This document shows positions 22,122 through 31,967 of a stretch of DNA of 64,000 bases, piece after piece. The notes under the pieces are model-generated. The model was not told where the DNA came from. It worked only from the letters and a program-made list of their open reading frames with translations, and ran no database searches. Each line of letters begins with the position of its first letter. Position 1 is the first letter of the stretch. The stretch comes from Terriglobia bacterium (GTDB lineage Bacteria > Acidobacteriota > Polarisedimenticolia > Polarisedimenticolales > JAIQFR01), in the NCBI GenBank assembly GCA_963748015.1, contig CAVVHE010000009.1, positions 1 to 64,000 of the forward strand. Direction: 5' to 3'. A program made the position numbers and the translations under genes.

Positions 22122-23510
22122 CTAGTCGCTGAACTTGAGGGCGGCGCCGAGCTTGCGGGCGACCCGGTCGCGGATCCAGTGCGGGTCCCACCACTCCTGC
22201 GGGTTGACGGGCTGGCCGTCGAGCAGGATCGAGAAGTGCAGGTGGTCGCCGCCGGCCAGCCCCGTGTCGCCGGTTCGGCCGATGATGTCCCCTCGCTTCA
22301 CCGCCTGCCCTTCCTTCACGTCGATCGTCGAGAGGTGGCCGTACAGGCTCTGCAGGCCGTAGCCGTGGTCCACGACGATCGCGTTCCCGTAGATGCCGAA
22401 GAACCGGGCCAGGACGACGACGCCGTCGTTCGACACCGGGACGGCGACCGCCTTCGTCGCCGCGAGGTCGAAGCCCAGGTGAACCTGGTGGTCCACCGTG
22501 CGCCCCTGGTAGACGTAGGTGCGCTGCTCCGCGAACGGCGCCGTCACCTTCGCGTTGATCATCGGCAGGAAAGCCCGGCTCCAGAGGAACTCCCTCTTCG
22601 ACTTCGACGCCAGCTCGGCGAGCTCGCCCGCGTTCGTCTTGCGCAGCTCGCTGTTGATCTCGAGGAAGTTCTCGAGCAGCCCGCCCTTGTCCGCGAGGTC
22701 CGGCGTCCCCGACATGATCCCCGGCACGACCTTGTTGAGGAACGCCTCCGACAGGTTCATCGTCGCCTGGACGGGCTTGTGCGGGGCGAACTGGTCGATG
22801 AAGGTCACCTCGGACTCGTTGTCCGCGTCGTCCGACGCCACGAGCTTCACCTTCGTCGGGTCGGTCAGGTCGTACGTCATGGCGAACAGCGCGAAGCGGT
22901 CCTGCTTCCCGCCGCCGGGCAGCGGGAAGCCGGGGAACCAGAGGCTCCCCGCTCGGACGCCGTCCTTCACGCTGGACTCGCCGACCCGGTAGGTCACGGC
23001 CTCGCATCCGCCCTGCTTCGCGTAGTGGAAGGTCGAGGTCACGCCGAGGCTCGGCGGGGTGAGGCGGACCTCGAAGGCCACCTCCGACACGGTTGGGGCG
23101 GGGTGGCGGAACCACGCCCCCACTCGCCCGGCGGTCACGCGCAGCGTCGCTCGCCCGGCCTTGAGCCCCTTGATCGCGCCGCGCCCGATGTCGAGCGCCA
23201 GCTCGTCGCGGTCGGTCTTCGATCCCCAGAACGACCACGCCGGCCGCGGCGAATAGGTCTTTTCCGCGAGCTTCTCGACCCGCTGGCCCTGGACCAGCTC
23301 GACCCGGACCTCGGAGAGGCCGCGCACCGGCTCCGACACCGTCACGGCGACCGGCGTCTTCTTCCCGATCGAGGCTCCCGGCCGCTTCACCGAGATCTCG
23401 GGCGCGGGCCCCGCCCGGAACGCCGACAGCGCGGCGAAGGCGGCGAGCCCGAGCAGCACGATCAGGAGAAGAGCCACGACCAGGACGCGACCCGATTCGC
23501 TGCGACGCAT
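22122..23510 (-). CDS. M23 family metallopeptidase
   Basis: HLGFD, VDHGYG..YGHL, HLHF motifs; N-terminal membrane anchor. Confidence 0.9.
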   Translation of the reverse strand: MRRSESGRVLVVALLLIVLLGLAAFAALSAFRAGPAPEISVKRPGASIGKKTPVAVTVSEPVRGLSEVRVELVQGQRVEKLAEKTYSPRPAWSFWGSKTDRDELALDIGRGAIKGLKAGRATLRVTAGRVGAWFRHPAPTVSEVAFEVRLTPPSLGVTSTFHYAKQGGCEAVTYRVGESSVKDGVRAGSLWFPGFPLPGGGKQDRFALFAMTYDLTDPTKVKLVASDDADNESEVTFIDQFAPHKPVQATMNLSEAFLNKVVPGIMSGTPDLADKGGLLENFLEINSELRKTNAGELAELASKSKREFLWSRAFLPMINAKVTAPFAEQRTYVYQGRTVDHQVHLGFDLAATKAVAVPVSNDGVVVLARFFGIYGNAIVVDHGYGLQSLYGHLSTIDVKEGQAVKRGDIIGRTGDTGLAGGDHLHFSILLDGQPVNPQEWWDPHWIRDRVARKLGAALKFSD

Positions 23511-23599
23511 CGACAGTCTCCCGCGGCGGGCGGTCGCGCGAGGGGAACCCTCGGCGGCCGGCTACCGGCGGATGACTGTAGCCGCTACCCGGGTAAGTC

Positions 23600-24748
23600 T
23601 CAACGTCGCGGGACGCCGTCGAGAAGGCGGGCCATCATCGGCGCGTAGAATCGCCAGTAGAACGCCAGCTCGGACGGCGAGAGCTTGAGCCACTCCACGA
23701 ACCGCCGGGCCGGAAGGTAGCCGGCGAACGGCACGCGCCCGTCGGGCATCGGGTTGTCCGCGAAGTCGCCTGCGAAGTACCAACCCGCGCCGCCGCCCGG
23801 TGCCATCCTTCGCGTCACCGCGGGGAAGACCTCCGGGAGCTTTCGCGCCTTGAGCCGCTCGAACCCCGCGGGCTCGAGGCGCCAGCGGAAGTTGGCCAGC
23901 ACCTCTGTGCCCGGGGCCGCCTCGACGACGTCGAACCAGTACGGGTACGACGTGCCGTCCGCGGAGTCCTGGAGCACCGGGTCGGCGGGCTCGACGATCT
24001 CGAGCCGCAGCGCGATGCGCGGCGCCTCCTCGCCCACGCGCAGGACCTCGCAGTGCTCGTCGTCCTGCAACAGCACGTAGCCGGGGCCCTTGAACTCCCA
24101 CTTCTTGTTCCATTCCCGCTCGTAGTCGCGCCGCAGCCACTCGGGGACCTCGTCGCGGTCGTCGAGCCTCGCGAAGTAGCGGCCGATCCAGCGGGTCCAG
24201 CGGACGCCGAGCGCCTCCTCGAGGGTCGAGCGCGCGGGAGCACCGGTCGGGCTGCCGAGGGTGTTGAACTCCGCGATCACCGTGCGCCCCGCCGCGAGGG
24301 CGTCGCGGGCGGCCTCGGCTTCCTCGAGCTTCAGGCCGCCGTAGATCGGCTCGCTGCGCTCGAGCGCCGCCTTCATCGCGGGACCGGATTCGAGGTCCTT
24401 CTTGTACACGCCGTAGGTGTCGGCGAGGTAGACGAGATCGGCCTTCCTGGCCCGCTCGGCGGTGAGGTCGACCGTTCGAGCGGGGGGATCGCCCGGGACG
24501 GGGCCGGGGAACGCGCCGAGATAATCGCGGTCGCGGTCGTACGCGCCGCCGCCCGGCGGGGAGATCTTCAGGTGGTTCAACAGCCAGAAGAGCGATCGGT
24601 GCTCGATCCGGTCGCGGAACGGCACCGTCTTGTCCACCACCGCGACGTCCAGCACGCGCCCCGCCGACAGCTCGTGGATCGCCCACGGCACGACGATCAG
24701 CAGCCCCACCAGAAGGATCGGCCAGCTCCAGCGCAGGGTGGATTTCAC
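23600..24748 (-). CDS. conserved hypothetical membrane-anchored protein
   Basis: N-terminal TM helix, normal codon bias, GTG start after GGAGG; motifs VDKTVP, YLADTYGVY, YFAGDFAD. Confidence 0.65.
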   Translation of the reverse strand: MKSTLRWSWPILLVGLLIVVPWAIHELSAGRVLDVAVVDKTVPFRDRIEHRSLFWLLNHLKISPPGGGAYDRDRDYLGAFPGPVPGDPPARTVDLTAERARKADLVYLADTYGVYKKDLESGPAMKAALERSEPIYGGLKLEEAEAARDALAAGRTVIAEFNTLGSPTGAPARSTLEEALGVRWTRWIGRYFARLDDRDEVPEWLRRDYEREWNKKWEFKGPGYVLLQDDEHCEVLRVGEEAPRIALRLEIVEPADPVLQDSADGTSYPYWFDVVEAAPGTEVLANFRWRLEPAGFERLKARKLPEVFPAVTRRMAPGGGAGWYFAGDFADNPMPDGRVPFAGYLPARRFVEWLKLSPSELAFYWRFYAPMMARLLDGVPRR

Positions 24749-24902
24749 CAGGAAGCCTCCTGTCGGGCGGCCATTGTAGTTCGCCGGGTTCGCGTCCAGG
24801 ACGTAGAATCTCGTCCTGAACCCGCGCGGAGCAACTGGTGGCAGTTGCGGGCCGCGGACGCCGCGGGATGTCGCGCGGGGGAGCGCGAGAACGGAGCCTT
24901 CC

Positions 24903-25799
24903 ATGCACCGGTTCCCTCTCCTCCCGATGCTTCTCGCCTTGTTGCCTCTCGGGGCGCCGGTTCCCGCTGTCGAGCTGTCCGGCCGCCTCGCCGGCGCGGG
25001 CGGGCACCAGCTGTGGATCTCCTGCGCGGGGACGGGCTCGCCGACCGTGGTGATCGACGTGGGCATCGGCGGCGACCCGCGCGAGTGGACGCGCGTCGTG
25101 GACGACCTGCGGACGGGCGTCCGCGTCTGCCAGTACGAGCGGGCCGCCTACGGCGCGAGCGAGCCCGGCCCGTTCCCCCGCGACGCGAGGCGGGAGGGGG
25201 AGGAGCTTCTCGCCCTCCTGCGCAACGCCGGGGAGAAGCCGCCCTACCTGCTTGCCGGCCAGGGGCTCGGAGCGCTGAACGCCTACGTCCTCGCGGGGTC
25301 GCACGCGAAGCTCCTCGCCGGCCTCGCCCTCTTCGCGCCGCCGCCGCTCGCGTGGCTCGCTGGCGACGGGTGGCCGCGAGTGCGCGATCGCGCGCCGATG
25401 GAGACGGCGCACCTCAGGAACGTCGCGAAGAAGCTGGCCGCCTCTCCGCTCGAGGCCGACAAGAAGAGGGCGCCGAGGTTTCTCGCGATGGCGTCGGAGA
25501 ACGAGTCGCTGTTCTCCTCGTCGGCGAAGCAGGCCGCCGCCGTGAAGTCCCTCGGCGCGCTGCCGCTCCTGGTCGTCGGCGCGGCCTTGCCCAACCCCAT
25601 CCTCGGCGCCGACGCCGTGCCCTTCCAGAAGTACACGGTCGAGGAGAACCGCAAGCTCGCGGCGAAGTCGTCGCGCGGCGAGTTCGTCCTCTTCGAGGAG
25701 AGCGGCCCGATGGTCCACCACGACGCTCCGGCGCGCGTCGTCGAGGCGCTGCGGGCGCTCTTGAGCCGGGTGCGCGCAAAGGAAGCCCAGCGCCCCTGA
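24903..25799 (+). CDS. exported alpha/beta-hydrolase fold protein, catalytic residues degenerate
   Basis: Signal peptide, CAGTGSPTVV, YERAAYGAS; nucleophile elbow reads GQGLG. Confidence 0.75.
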   Translation: MHRFPLLPMLLALLPLGAPVPAVELSGRLAGAGGHQLWISCAGTGSPTVVIDVGIGGDPREWTRVVDDLRTGVRVCQYERAAYGASEPGPFPRDARREGEELLALLRNAGEKPPYLLAGQGLGALNAYVLAGSHAKLLAGLALFAPPPLAWLAGDGWPRVRDRAPMETAHLRNVAKKLAASPLEADKKRAPRFLAMASENESLFSSSAKQAAAVKSLGALPLLVVGAALPNPILGADAVPFQKYTVEENRKLAAKSSRGEFVLFEESGPMVHHDAPARVVEALRALLSRVRAKEAQRP

Positions 25800-25880
25800 C
25801 GCCCGCCGTGGGTTGCAGGCGGCGGGCGGCGCGCTCGTGCTCGTTCCGGGTGCGTGAATGAAGTGGCGTGTTGGCCTTTA

Positions 25881-25920
25881 GTAAAGCATGCTTGACATTT
25901 AGACAAGCTTGCCGTACTAT
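25881..25920 (+). promoter_or_regulatory. sigma70 promoter with overlapping palindromic operator
   Basis: TTGACA (25892-25897)-N17-TACTAT (25915-25920); imperfect palindrome GTAAAGCATGCTTGAC at 25881-25896. Confidence 0.75.
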
Positions 25921-25957
25921 CTCTCCTCGAGGGCGGTAGATCCCCTCTGAGGAGAGC

Positions 25958-26353
25958 GTGATGAAAAGCGATCGGCCCGTTCGAATCCGGTGGCTAATTG
26001 GCTTTGGGGTCCTCTGGGTCCTCGCCTACTTCCTGGCCCGGCTCATCCTGAAGGGTGGCGCCGGGGAGCCCTGGCTGCGCGTCTCCGTCGCCTTGCTCCC
26101 GATTCCGTTCTTCGTCCTGTTTCTGCTGGTCTTCATTCGCACCATCCGTTCCATGGACGAGCTGGAGCGGCGCATCCACCTGGAGTCCCTCGCGGTCGCC
26201 TTCCCACTTGTCATGGTCCTGCTCATGGTCCTCGGCCTTCTTCAACGGGCGATCGAACTGCCGTTCGAGGACTGGAGCTACGCGCACGTATGGGCCTACC
26301 TGCCGCTCTTCTACTTGGTCGGTCTCGCCATCGCGAAGCGGCGCTATCGATGA
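25958..26353 (+). CDS. small membrane protein
   Basis: Four hydrophobic segments, MDELERRI motif; stop overlaps XRE gene start. Confidence 0.7.
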   Translation: MMKSDRPVRIRWLIGFGVLWVLAYFLARLILKGGAGEPWLRVSVALLPIPFFVLFLLVFIRTIRSMDELERRIHLESLAVAFPLVMVLLMVLGLLQRAIELPFEDWSYAHVWAYLPLFYLVGLAIAKRRYR

Positions 26354-26550
26354 AGAACCGCCTGAAGGTGCTCCGCGCCGAGCGGAACTGGTCGCAGGCG
26401 GAGCTGGCCGCACGCCTCGACGTGTCGCGCCAGACCGTCAACGCGGTGGAGACGGAGAGGTACGAGCCCAGCCTGTCGCTGGCCTTCAAGATTGCAAGGC
26501 TGTTCGGCGCCTCGATCGAGGAGATCTTCGGCCCAGACGGCGTGGGATGA
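26350..26550 (+). CDS. XRE-family HTH transcriptional regulator
   Basis: MKNRLKVLRAERNWSQAELA..VSRQTVNAVE..PSLSLAFKIA. Confidence 0.92.
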   Translation: MKNRLKVLRAERNWSQAELAARLDVSRQTVNAVETERYEPSLSLAFKIARLFGASIEEIFGPDGVG

Positions 26551-26590
26551 GGCGCAGCGGAGGCGGCCGCGGCCGCCTCCGCCGCGCGGA

Positions 26591-26980
26591 TCACTTCGCC
26601 CCGAGCTTCTGCCGCACGTGCTCGATCACGGTCGTGTGCTCGTGCTGCGGGCTGAACAGGATGAGCTCGGCGTCCTCCAGGACCTTCACGTTGTGGCCCT
26701 TGGGCCAGTAGAAGAGGTCGGCGGCCCTCACCGTCTCCTGCCGGCCTGCCGCGTCGGTCGTGGTGACGACGCCCTGGAGGACGAAGCCCCAGTGCGGGCA
26801 CTGACAGAGGTTTCCCTCGAGCCCCTGGAACAGCTCGGTGGTGTCCACGCCCGCCGCCAGCGAGAAATACTCGCCGGCCATCTTGCCGAGGCCGTTCGCT
26901 TCCCCGAAGTCCAGCCGCCGTCGCATGACGACACCCGGGACCTGCAACTTGACCTCCACGTCGTCCTTGGCTATGCGCAT
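26591..26980 (-). CDS. cupin-like protein
   Basis: CQCPHWGFVLQG and YWPKGHN cupin-type motifs. Confidence 0.7.
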   Translation of the reverse strand: MRIAKDDVEVKLQVPGVVMRRRLDFGEANGLGKMAGEYFSLAAGVDTTELFQGLEGNLCQCPHWGFVLQGVVTTTDAAGRQETVRAADLFYWPKGHNVKVLEDAELILFSPQHEHTTVIEHVRQKLGAK

Positions 26981-27050
26981 GGGTATCCCCTTTCATCGAA
27001 GGAAGTTGGGACAACCCTCCGATTCTCGGGGCAAACCGCTGCTTGTCAAA

Positions 27051-28091
27051 TCACGGATCGGGCGTCAAGGGCTCGCGCAGGGCCTCGGAGGTCAGCACGA
27101 GAACCGGGCCGCCGAAGGCGTCCGCGGCCTCGTCGAGCACCTCCTGCTCGCGCCCCTGGTAGCGGGGCGAGACGTGGAAGGGCGCGAGCCGCTTCGCGCC
27201 GGCCGCGCGGGCCAGCTCGCCGGCCTGGCGCGCGGTGAGGTGCTTGCGCGCGCGGGCGAGCGCTTCGTCCTCGTGGAGGAACGCCGCCTCGCACACCAGG
27301 AGGTCGGCGTCGCGGGCGAGGTCGGAAACGACCGCGACGTTCTCCGGCGTGAAGCCGAGGTCGGTGACGTAGGCGAGCCGCTGCCCGGGCCCGCGCAGGA
27401 TGATCTCCTCCGCGAGGTCCCCTCTCCGGTAGACCCGCCCCGCCCCGTCCGGCGTGTCCGCGCGGATCTCGGCGCCGGGCGGCTCGCAGCGCCGCACCCC
27501 GTGCTTGAGGTCGCGGAGCCACGCGCCGGCGACGAGGCCGAGCTTCTCGAGGCGGTCTCGGTTCACCGAGATGTGCTCGGTCTCGCGGAGCGCCACCGCG
27601 AGCACCGGAATACCGTGGTCCACGACCGCGGCGTGCATCGTGTAGAGGCGCTCCGCGTGCACGGTTCCGGCGAACGGGCGGTCGGGAAGCGGTTCGGGGC
27701 GCATCCGGCCCGGCCCGGTGTACCGCTCCGAGCGGAGCACGTCGCCGTCCACTTCCTCGGCGACGAGCCGGATCGGGTAGTCCTCGATGAGATTCCAGGT
27801 GTACGCGTCGATCTTCCCTCGAACGCTCCTCAAGAAGCCCGGCGGCCCGGTGACCGTCAGCTCCTTCTCGCGGCCGAGCGCCAGGCGGAGCAGGTGGTCG
27901 AAGCCGGCGAAGTGGTCCATGTGGGTGTGCGTGACCACCGCGCGCTCCACGCGAAGGAGCTTCCGGGGAGCGACGTGCCGCAGGTCGCCGAGGTCGAGGA
28001 GGAGCGACCGCCCCTCGTCGAGCAGGTCCACCCACAGGCCCGGGTCGCCCGCGAGCCCGTTCAGCAGCGAGCTCAGGAACACCGTCCGCAT
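27051..28091 (-). CDS. ribonuclease Z-like metallo-beta-lactamase fold hydrolase
   Basis: THTHMDHF, DHGIP, YVTD, EAAF, KHLT, FHVSPRY. Confidence 0.85.
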   Translation of the reverse strand: MRTVFLSSLLNGLAGDPGLWVDLLDEGRSLLLDLGDLRHVAPRKLLRVERAVVTHTHMDHFAGFDHLLRLALGREKELTVTGPPGFLRSVRGKIDAYTWNLIEDYPIRLVAEEVDGDVLRSERYTGPGRMRPEPLPDRPFAGTVHAERLYTMHAAVVDHGIPVLAVALRETEHISVNRDRLEKLGLVAGAWLRDLKHGVRRCEPPGAEIRADTPDGAGRVYRRGDLAEEIILRGPGQRLAYVTDLGFTPENVAVVSDLARDADLLVCEAAFLHEDEALARARKHLTARQAGELARAAGAKRLAPFHVSPRYQGREQEVLDEAADAFGGPVLVLTSEALREPLTPDP

Positions 28092-28113
28092 CGCTGCAGA
28101 GTGTAGTACGCCC

Positions 28114-28279
28114 GGCCGGAGGTCCGCATTCCTATGCGACCCGCGCGGCACGCTGCGGCGTTGCGCGGCGCAGGTCGCCGCGCCGCCTTGCTCCGCTCGT
28201 GCGAGCGGCCTTATAGGGAAGGACCGGCCGCTCGCAGAGAGGGCCGCTTCGGGTCGCATAGGAATGCGGACCTCCGGCC
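28114..28279. repeat. 166 bp fold-back element (REP-like)
   Basis: Perfect 30 bp inverted repeat 28114-28143 / 28250-28279 with inner hairpins such as TGCGAGCGGCC..GGCCGCTCGCA. Confidence 0.8.
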
Positions 28280-28359
28280 TGCGGTTCGGCTCCGACGCGC
28301 GCTGTCATTCAACCGAGCTAAACTGCTAGCGAAGCAACGCGCTTTCGAGGAGGCGCCCG

Positions 28360-29655
28360 ATGAAACACGGCAGGCCGCACCGGGTCGTTACGCTCGTCAC
28401 GCTGGTCGCCCTCACGATTTACTGCGCCCCGACGCACATCCCGCCGATCTCGAGCGCGGGGGCCGCGTTCCGGCCCGACAGGGACGAGGTCAAGCTCTGG
28501 GAGCAGTCGCGGGCCGAGGAGGCGAAGCTCCGCGACAAGGCGAGGATCTACCAGGACCCGCTGCTCGTGAGCTACCTCGAGGGAGTCGTCGCCCGGCTGA
28601 ACCCGCCCGGGATGGCGGCCAACGCCGCCGTCTCGTACCGGGTCGCCGTGCTCGAGGACCCGACGCTCAACGCCTTCGCCTACCCCGACGGCTCGATGTA
28701 CGTGCACACCGGCCTCCTCGCCCGGATGGAGAACGAGGACGAGCTGGCGACGGTGCTCGGCCACGAGATGACCCACGTCGAGGACCGGCACATGCTCCGC
28801 TACCAGCGGAGCGCGCAGAACAAGCAGATCGGCTTCGCGGTCGCGGCGATCGCCGGCGCCATCATCGTCGCGGGGGCCGAGGGGAACGCGGCGGAGCATG
28901 GCGACTACTCGAAGGCGGCCCAGATCCGGGTCTTCTCGGACCTGCTCATCGGGCTCGGCCTGCAGCTCGCGATCATCGCGGCGGTGAACGGCTACGGCCG
29001 CGACCTCGAGCGCGAGGCCGACGAGGGCGGCTTCGAGAAGATGCGGGCCGCGGGGTACGACGTGCGCGAGGCGCCGAGGGTGTACGAGACGCTGCGCGAG
29101 GACCACGGCGACTCGGGGAAGGCCGAGGCGTTCTTCTTCGGGAGCCACCCGCGGCTCGCGGAGCGGATCGAGACCGCGAACGCCGCCGCGGCGCAGTCCG
29201 CCGCCCCCGCCGTCCGCGCCGGCGATCCGGACGAGTTCATCCGCCGGATCCGCCCGGTCGTGCGCGACGACGCCCGGCTCAACATCGAGATGGGCCGCCT
29301 GCAGCTGGCGCAGGTCGAGCTCGACCGCGCGATGCTGCTGCTGCCGGGCGATCCGGAAGCCCACTACCTCCTCGGCCTGCTGCGGCTCAAGCAGGCGGAC
29401 GCCGCGAAGGATCCCGAAGCCCAGAAGCTGCTCCGGTCCGAGGCGATGGGGACCTTCCGCGAGGCGATCCGCCTGGACCCGAACCGCCCCGGTCCGCACC
29501 GCGAGGTGGGGCTGCTGGCTTACTCGCAGGGGGACTTCGCCACCGCGTGCGTCTCGTTCCGGCTCTACCTCGAGACCGACCCGCGGGCGAGCGACGCCCA
29601 GCGGATCCGCGACTACCTCCTCGAGCTGGAGCGCGACGGCCGCTGCGCGCGGTAG
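28360..29655 (+). CDS. M48 family metalloprotease with C-terminal TPR
   Basis: NAFAYPDG, HEMTH, EREAD, SHP motifs; TPR-like C-terminus. Confidence 0.88.
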   Translation: MKHGRPHRVVTLVTLVALTIYCAPTHIPPISSAGAAFRPDRDEVKLWEQSRAEEAKLRDKARIYQDPLLVSYLEGVVARLNPPGMAANAAVSYRVAVLEDPTLNAFAYPDGSMYVHTGLLARMENEDELATVLGHEMTHVEDRHMLRYQRSAQNKQIGFAVAAIAGAIIVAGAEGNAAEHGDYSKAAQIRVFSDLLIGLGLQLAIIAAVNGYGRDLEREADEGGFEKMRAAGYDVREAPRVYETLREDHGDSGKAEAFFFGSHPRLAERIETANAAAAQSAAPAVRAGDPDEFIRRIRPVVRDDARLNIEMGRLQLAQVELDRAMLLLPGDPEAHYLLGLLRLKQADAAKDPEAQKLLRSEAMGTFREAIRLDPNRPGPHREVGLLAYSQGDFATACVSFRLYLETDPRASDAQRIRDYLLELERDGRCAR

Positions 29656-29661
29656 CGGTCG

Positions 29662-30732
29662 TCACGATGTCGTGGGCGGGGTGTCGCGGAAGAAGTCGCG
29701 CTTGGCGATCTCCAGCAGGAACAGGAAGAGCGTGATGACCAGCGGTCCGATGAACAGCCCCACGAGGCCGAACGCGAGCATGCCGCCGAAGATCCCGAAG
29801 AAGACCAGCAGGGTGTGGATATGGACGCCGCGGCTTATGAACAGCGGGCGCAAGAGGTTGTCCGCCACGGAAACCACCGCGATCCCCCAGACGACGAGGA
29901 AGAGAGCCTTAAGGGGATGGCCGGTCGCAAAGAGCCACAGCGCCGCGGGCCCCCATACGACGACGGTTCCGGCGGGAAGAAGCGCGGCGAAGAACGTCGC
30001 GGCGCCGAACGTCAGCGCGGCCGGAATGCCGACCAGCGCGATACCGACGGCTCCGAGAACGGCCTGCGCCAGCGCGGTGAACAGCACGCCGAAGAACACC
30101 GATCGCGTCACCTCGCGGAGCTGCCGGATCGCCTCCTCCTTGTCGCTCTCGGAGAGCGGCAGGAGCTGCCGGACCATCGCCACGAGCCGCGGCCCCTCGT
30201 GGAAGAACACCGCCATCGTGACCAGCATCACGAGCAGGGTCATCAGCGTCGTGAGGGCGTCCGCGACGAAGCCGGTGGTCCGCGACGCGAGGGCGTTGCC
30301 GAGCGTCTTCAGGACCGACAGAGCCATCGCCTGGAGATCGATCTTCGAGAGGTCCACGTATCGTCCGAGCCACTCCGTCGCATCCCGGACCCAGGGGATT
30401 CCCCCGAGACCCAGCGGCTCCGCGGACCTCGCGGCGACCACCTGCTCGAGCCAGGTGTAGCCCTGGACGAGCCCCTGCCCCACCTCGATCACCGTGAAAA
30501 CCGCCGGAACGACGATGAACGCCGCCACCACCGCCGAGAGAGCCACCGCGGCGGTCCAGCCCCACCCCCGGAGCCATCGGAGAAGGCGGGCGTAAAGCGG
30601 ATGGAACGCCACCGCAAGCACGATGGCCCACGCGATGCCGGGGAGCAGCGGCTTGAAGATCAGGTACATGAGGTAGAGGGTGATGGCGAGCAACCCCGCG
30701 AACAGAACGCGGGCGGCGTTCTCCGAGCGCAT
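29662..30732 (-). CDS. AI-2E family transporter
   Basis: Multi-TM; DNLLRP, GGMLAFGLVGLFIGP. Confidence 0.9.
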   Translation of the reverse strand: MRSENAARVLFAGLLAITLYLMYLIFKPLLPGIAWAIVLAVAFHPLYARLLRWLRGWGWTAAVALSAVVAAFIVVPAVFTVIEVGQGLVQGYTWLEQVVAARSAEPLGLGGIPWVRDATEWLGRYVDLSKIDLQAMALSVLKTLGNALASRTTGFVADALTTLMTLLVMLVTMAVFFHEGPRLVAMVRQLLPLSESDKEEAIRQLREVTRSVFFGVLFTALAQAVLGAVGIALVGIPAALTFGAATFFAALLPAGTVVVWGPAALWLFATGHPLKALFLVVWGIAVVSVADNLLRPLFISRGVHIHTLLVFFGIFGGMLAFGLVGLFIGPLVITLFLFLLEIAKRDFFRDTPPTTS

Positions 30733-30959
30733 GGCAGAACCTCCTCGAGGGCCGGCGAGGCCGCCTGCCCGGGCGGAGGCTGTCGCACCCGCGGGTCTGG
30801 TGTCAAGCGGCCCGGGCGCGCATGGGACACGACCCCGCGCGAACCGGAGTATCGTAACCACCCGAGGGCGTGGAGTCGCCGGGCGGAAGGGCGTGCCGAC
30901 GGGCCTTGAAGCGTGGCGAGACGCGCGCGGAAGCCTCGTTGCCGGGAGGTGCCACACGG

Positions 30960-31304
30960 ATGGAGTTCCAGATCTTGGGCCGCTCCGCGACGCCCGACGG
31001 ATGGTGCTGCCGGGTCACGATCCCCGAAGGGCATCCGGCCTTCGAGGGGCATTTCCCCGGACATCCCGTCTTTCCTGGGATCGCCCACCTTGCGCTCGCC
31101 GCGCACGTGCTCGCCACGGTGACGGAACGCACCGCGAACGTCGCCGCCGTTCCCTTTCTGCGCCTCCGTCACCCGGTGGCCCCCGGCGACGTGCTGGAGG
31201 TCACGCTCGGCCGGCCAGCTCCGGACGGCACGGTTCCGTTCGACGTCCGCCGCGGCCAGGACCGCGTGAGCAACGGGATCCTCGTCGTGGACCTGCGGGA
31301 GTGA
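30960..31304 (+). CDS. hotdog-fold 3-hydroxyacyl-ACP dehydratase (FabZ/ApeI-like)
   Basis: HPAFEGHFPGHPVFPGI, PVAPGD. Confidence 0.85.
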   Translation: MEFQILGRSATPDGWCCRVTIPEGHPAFEGHFPGHPVFPGIAHLALAAHVLATVTERTANVAAVPFLRLRHPVAPGDVLEVTLGRPAPDGTVPFDVRRGQDRVSNGILVVDLRE

Positions 31305-31308
31305 ATTC

Positions 31309-31734
31309 GTGACCACCGGACAGCCCGACTTCGAGGCGCTCGTTCCCCACCGGTTCCCGACCCGCCTCCTCGAGGCCGTCGAGGAAATCGAGGTGGACCG
31401 GATCGTCTGCCGCGCGCGGGTACCCGCGGACAACCCTTTCGTCTCCGGGGAATGCGTGCCGGCCTTCGTCGGCCTCGAAATGGGGGCCCAGGCGGCCGCC
31501 GCGCTTGAGGCGCTGGCTCGTTTCAAGGCCGAGGGCGCGGTGTCGCCCCGAATCGGATACCTCGTCGGGGTACGCGATGCCGTTTTCCACGCTCCCGGGC
31601 TGCCGGTCGACCTCCCCCTCCGGGTCGCGGTGCGGCTGGCGAGCCGGGCGGGACCGCTGAGCGTTTACGAGGCCGTCGTCTCCTTCGAGGGAGGGATTCG
31701 TGTCGAGGCCACCATCAGCACGACGATCCCCTGA
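31309..31734 (+). CDS. hotdog-fold dehydratase partner (ApeP-like)
   Basis: LVPHR, GLEMGAQAAA, GYLVGVR. Confidence 0.8.
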   Translation: MTTGQPDFEALVPHRFPTRLLEAVEEIEVDRIVCRARVPADNPFVSGECVPAFVGLEMGAQAAAALEALARFKAEGAVSPRIGYLVGVRDAVFHAPGLPVDLPLRVAVRLASRAGPLSVYEAVVSFEGGIRVEATISTTIP

Positions 31735-31967
31735 GACCGTGACACCCGACCGGCCACGAGGCCGTGCTCCCGGTGGCGGACTTACGCGTCCGACGGCCCG
31801 CGCTTCCCCGGCAGGTGCCGGAATGGACCCGACCTCGTCGGACCTTGACCACTCATCGGCCGGCCGCTACGGTTCTTCCCCCAGGCAGGAGGTGCCATGG
31901 CTCGCGCCCGGCGCGTGAGCGACCCGTGGCGGGCCTCCTCCCGGGCCGTTACCGGGTGACGAAGAAG

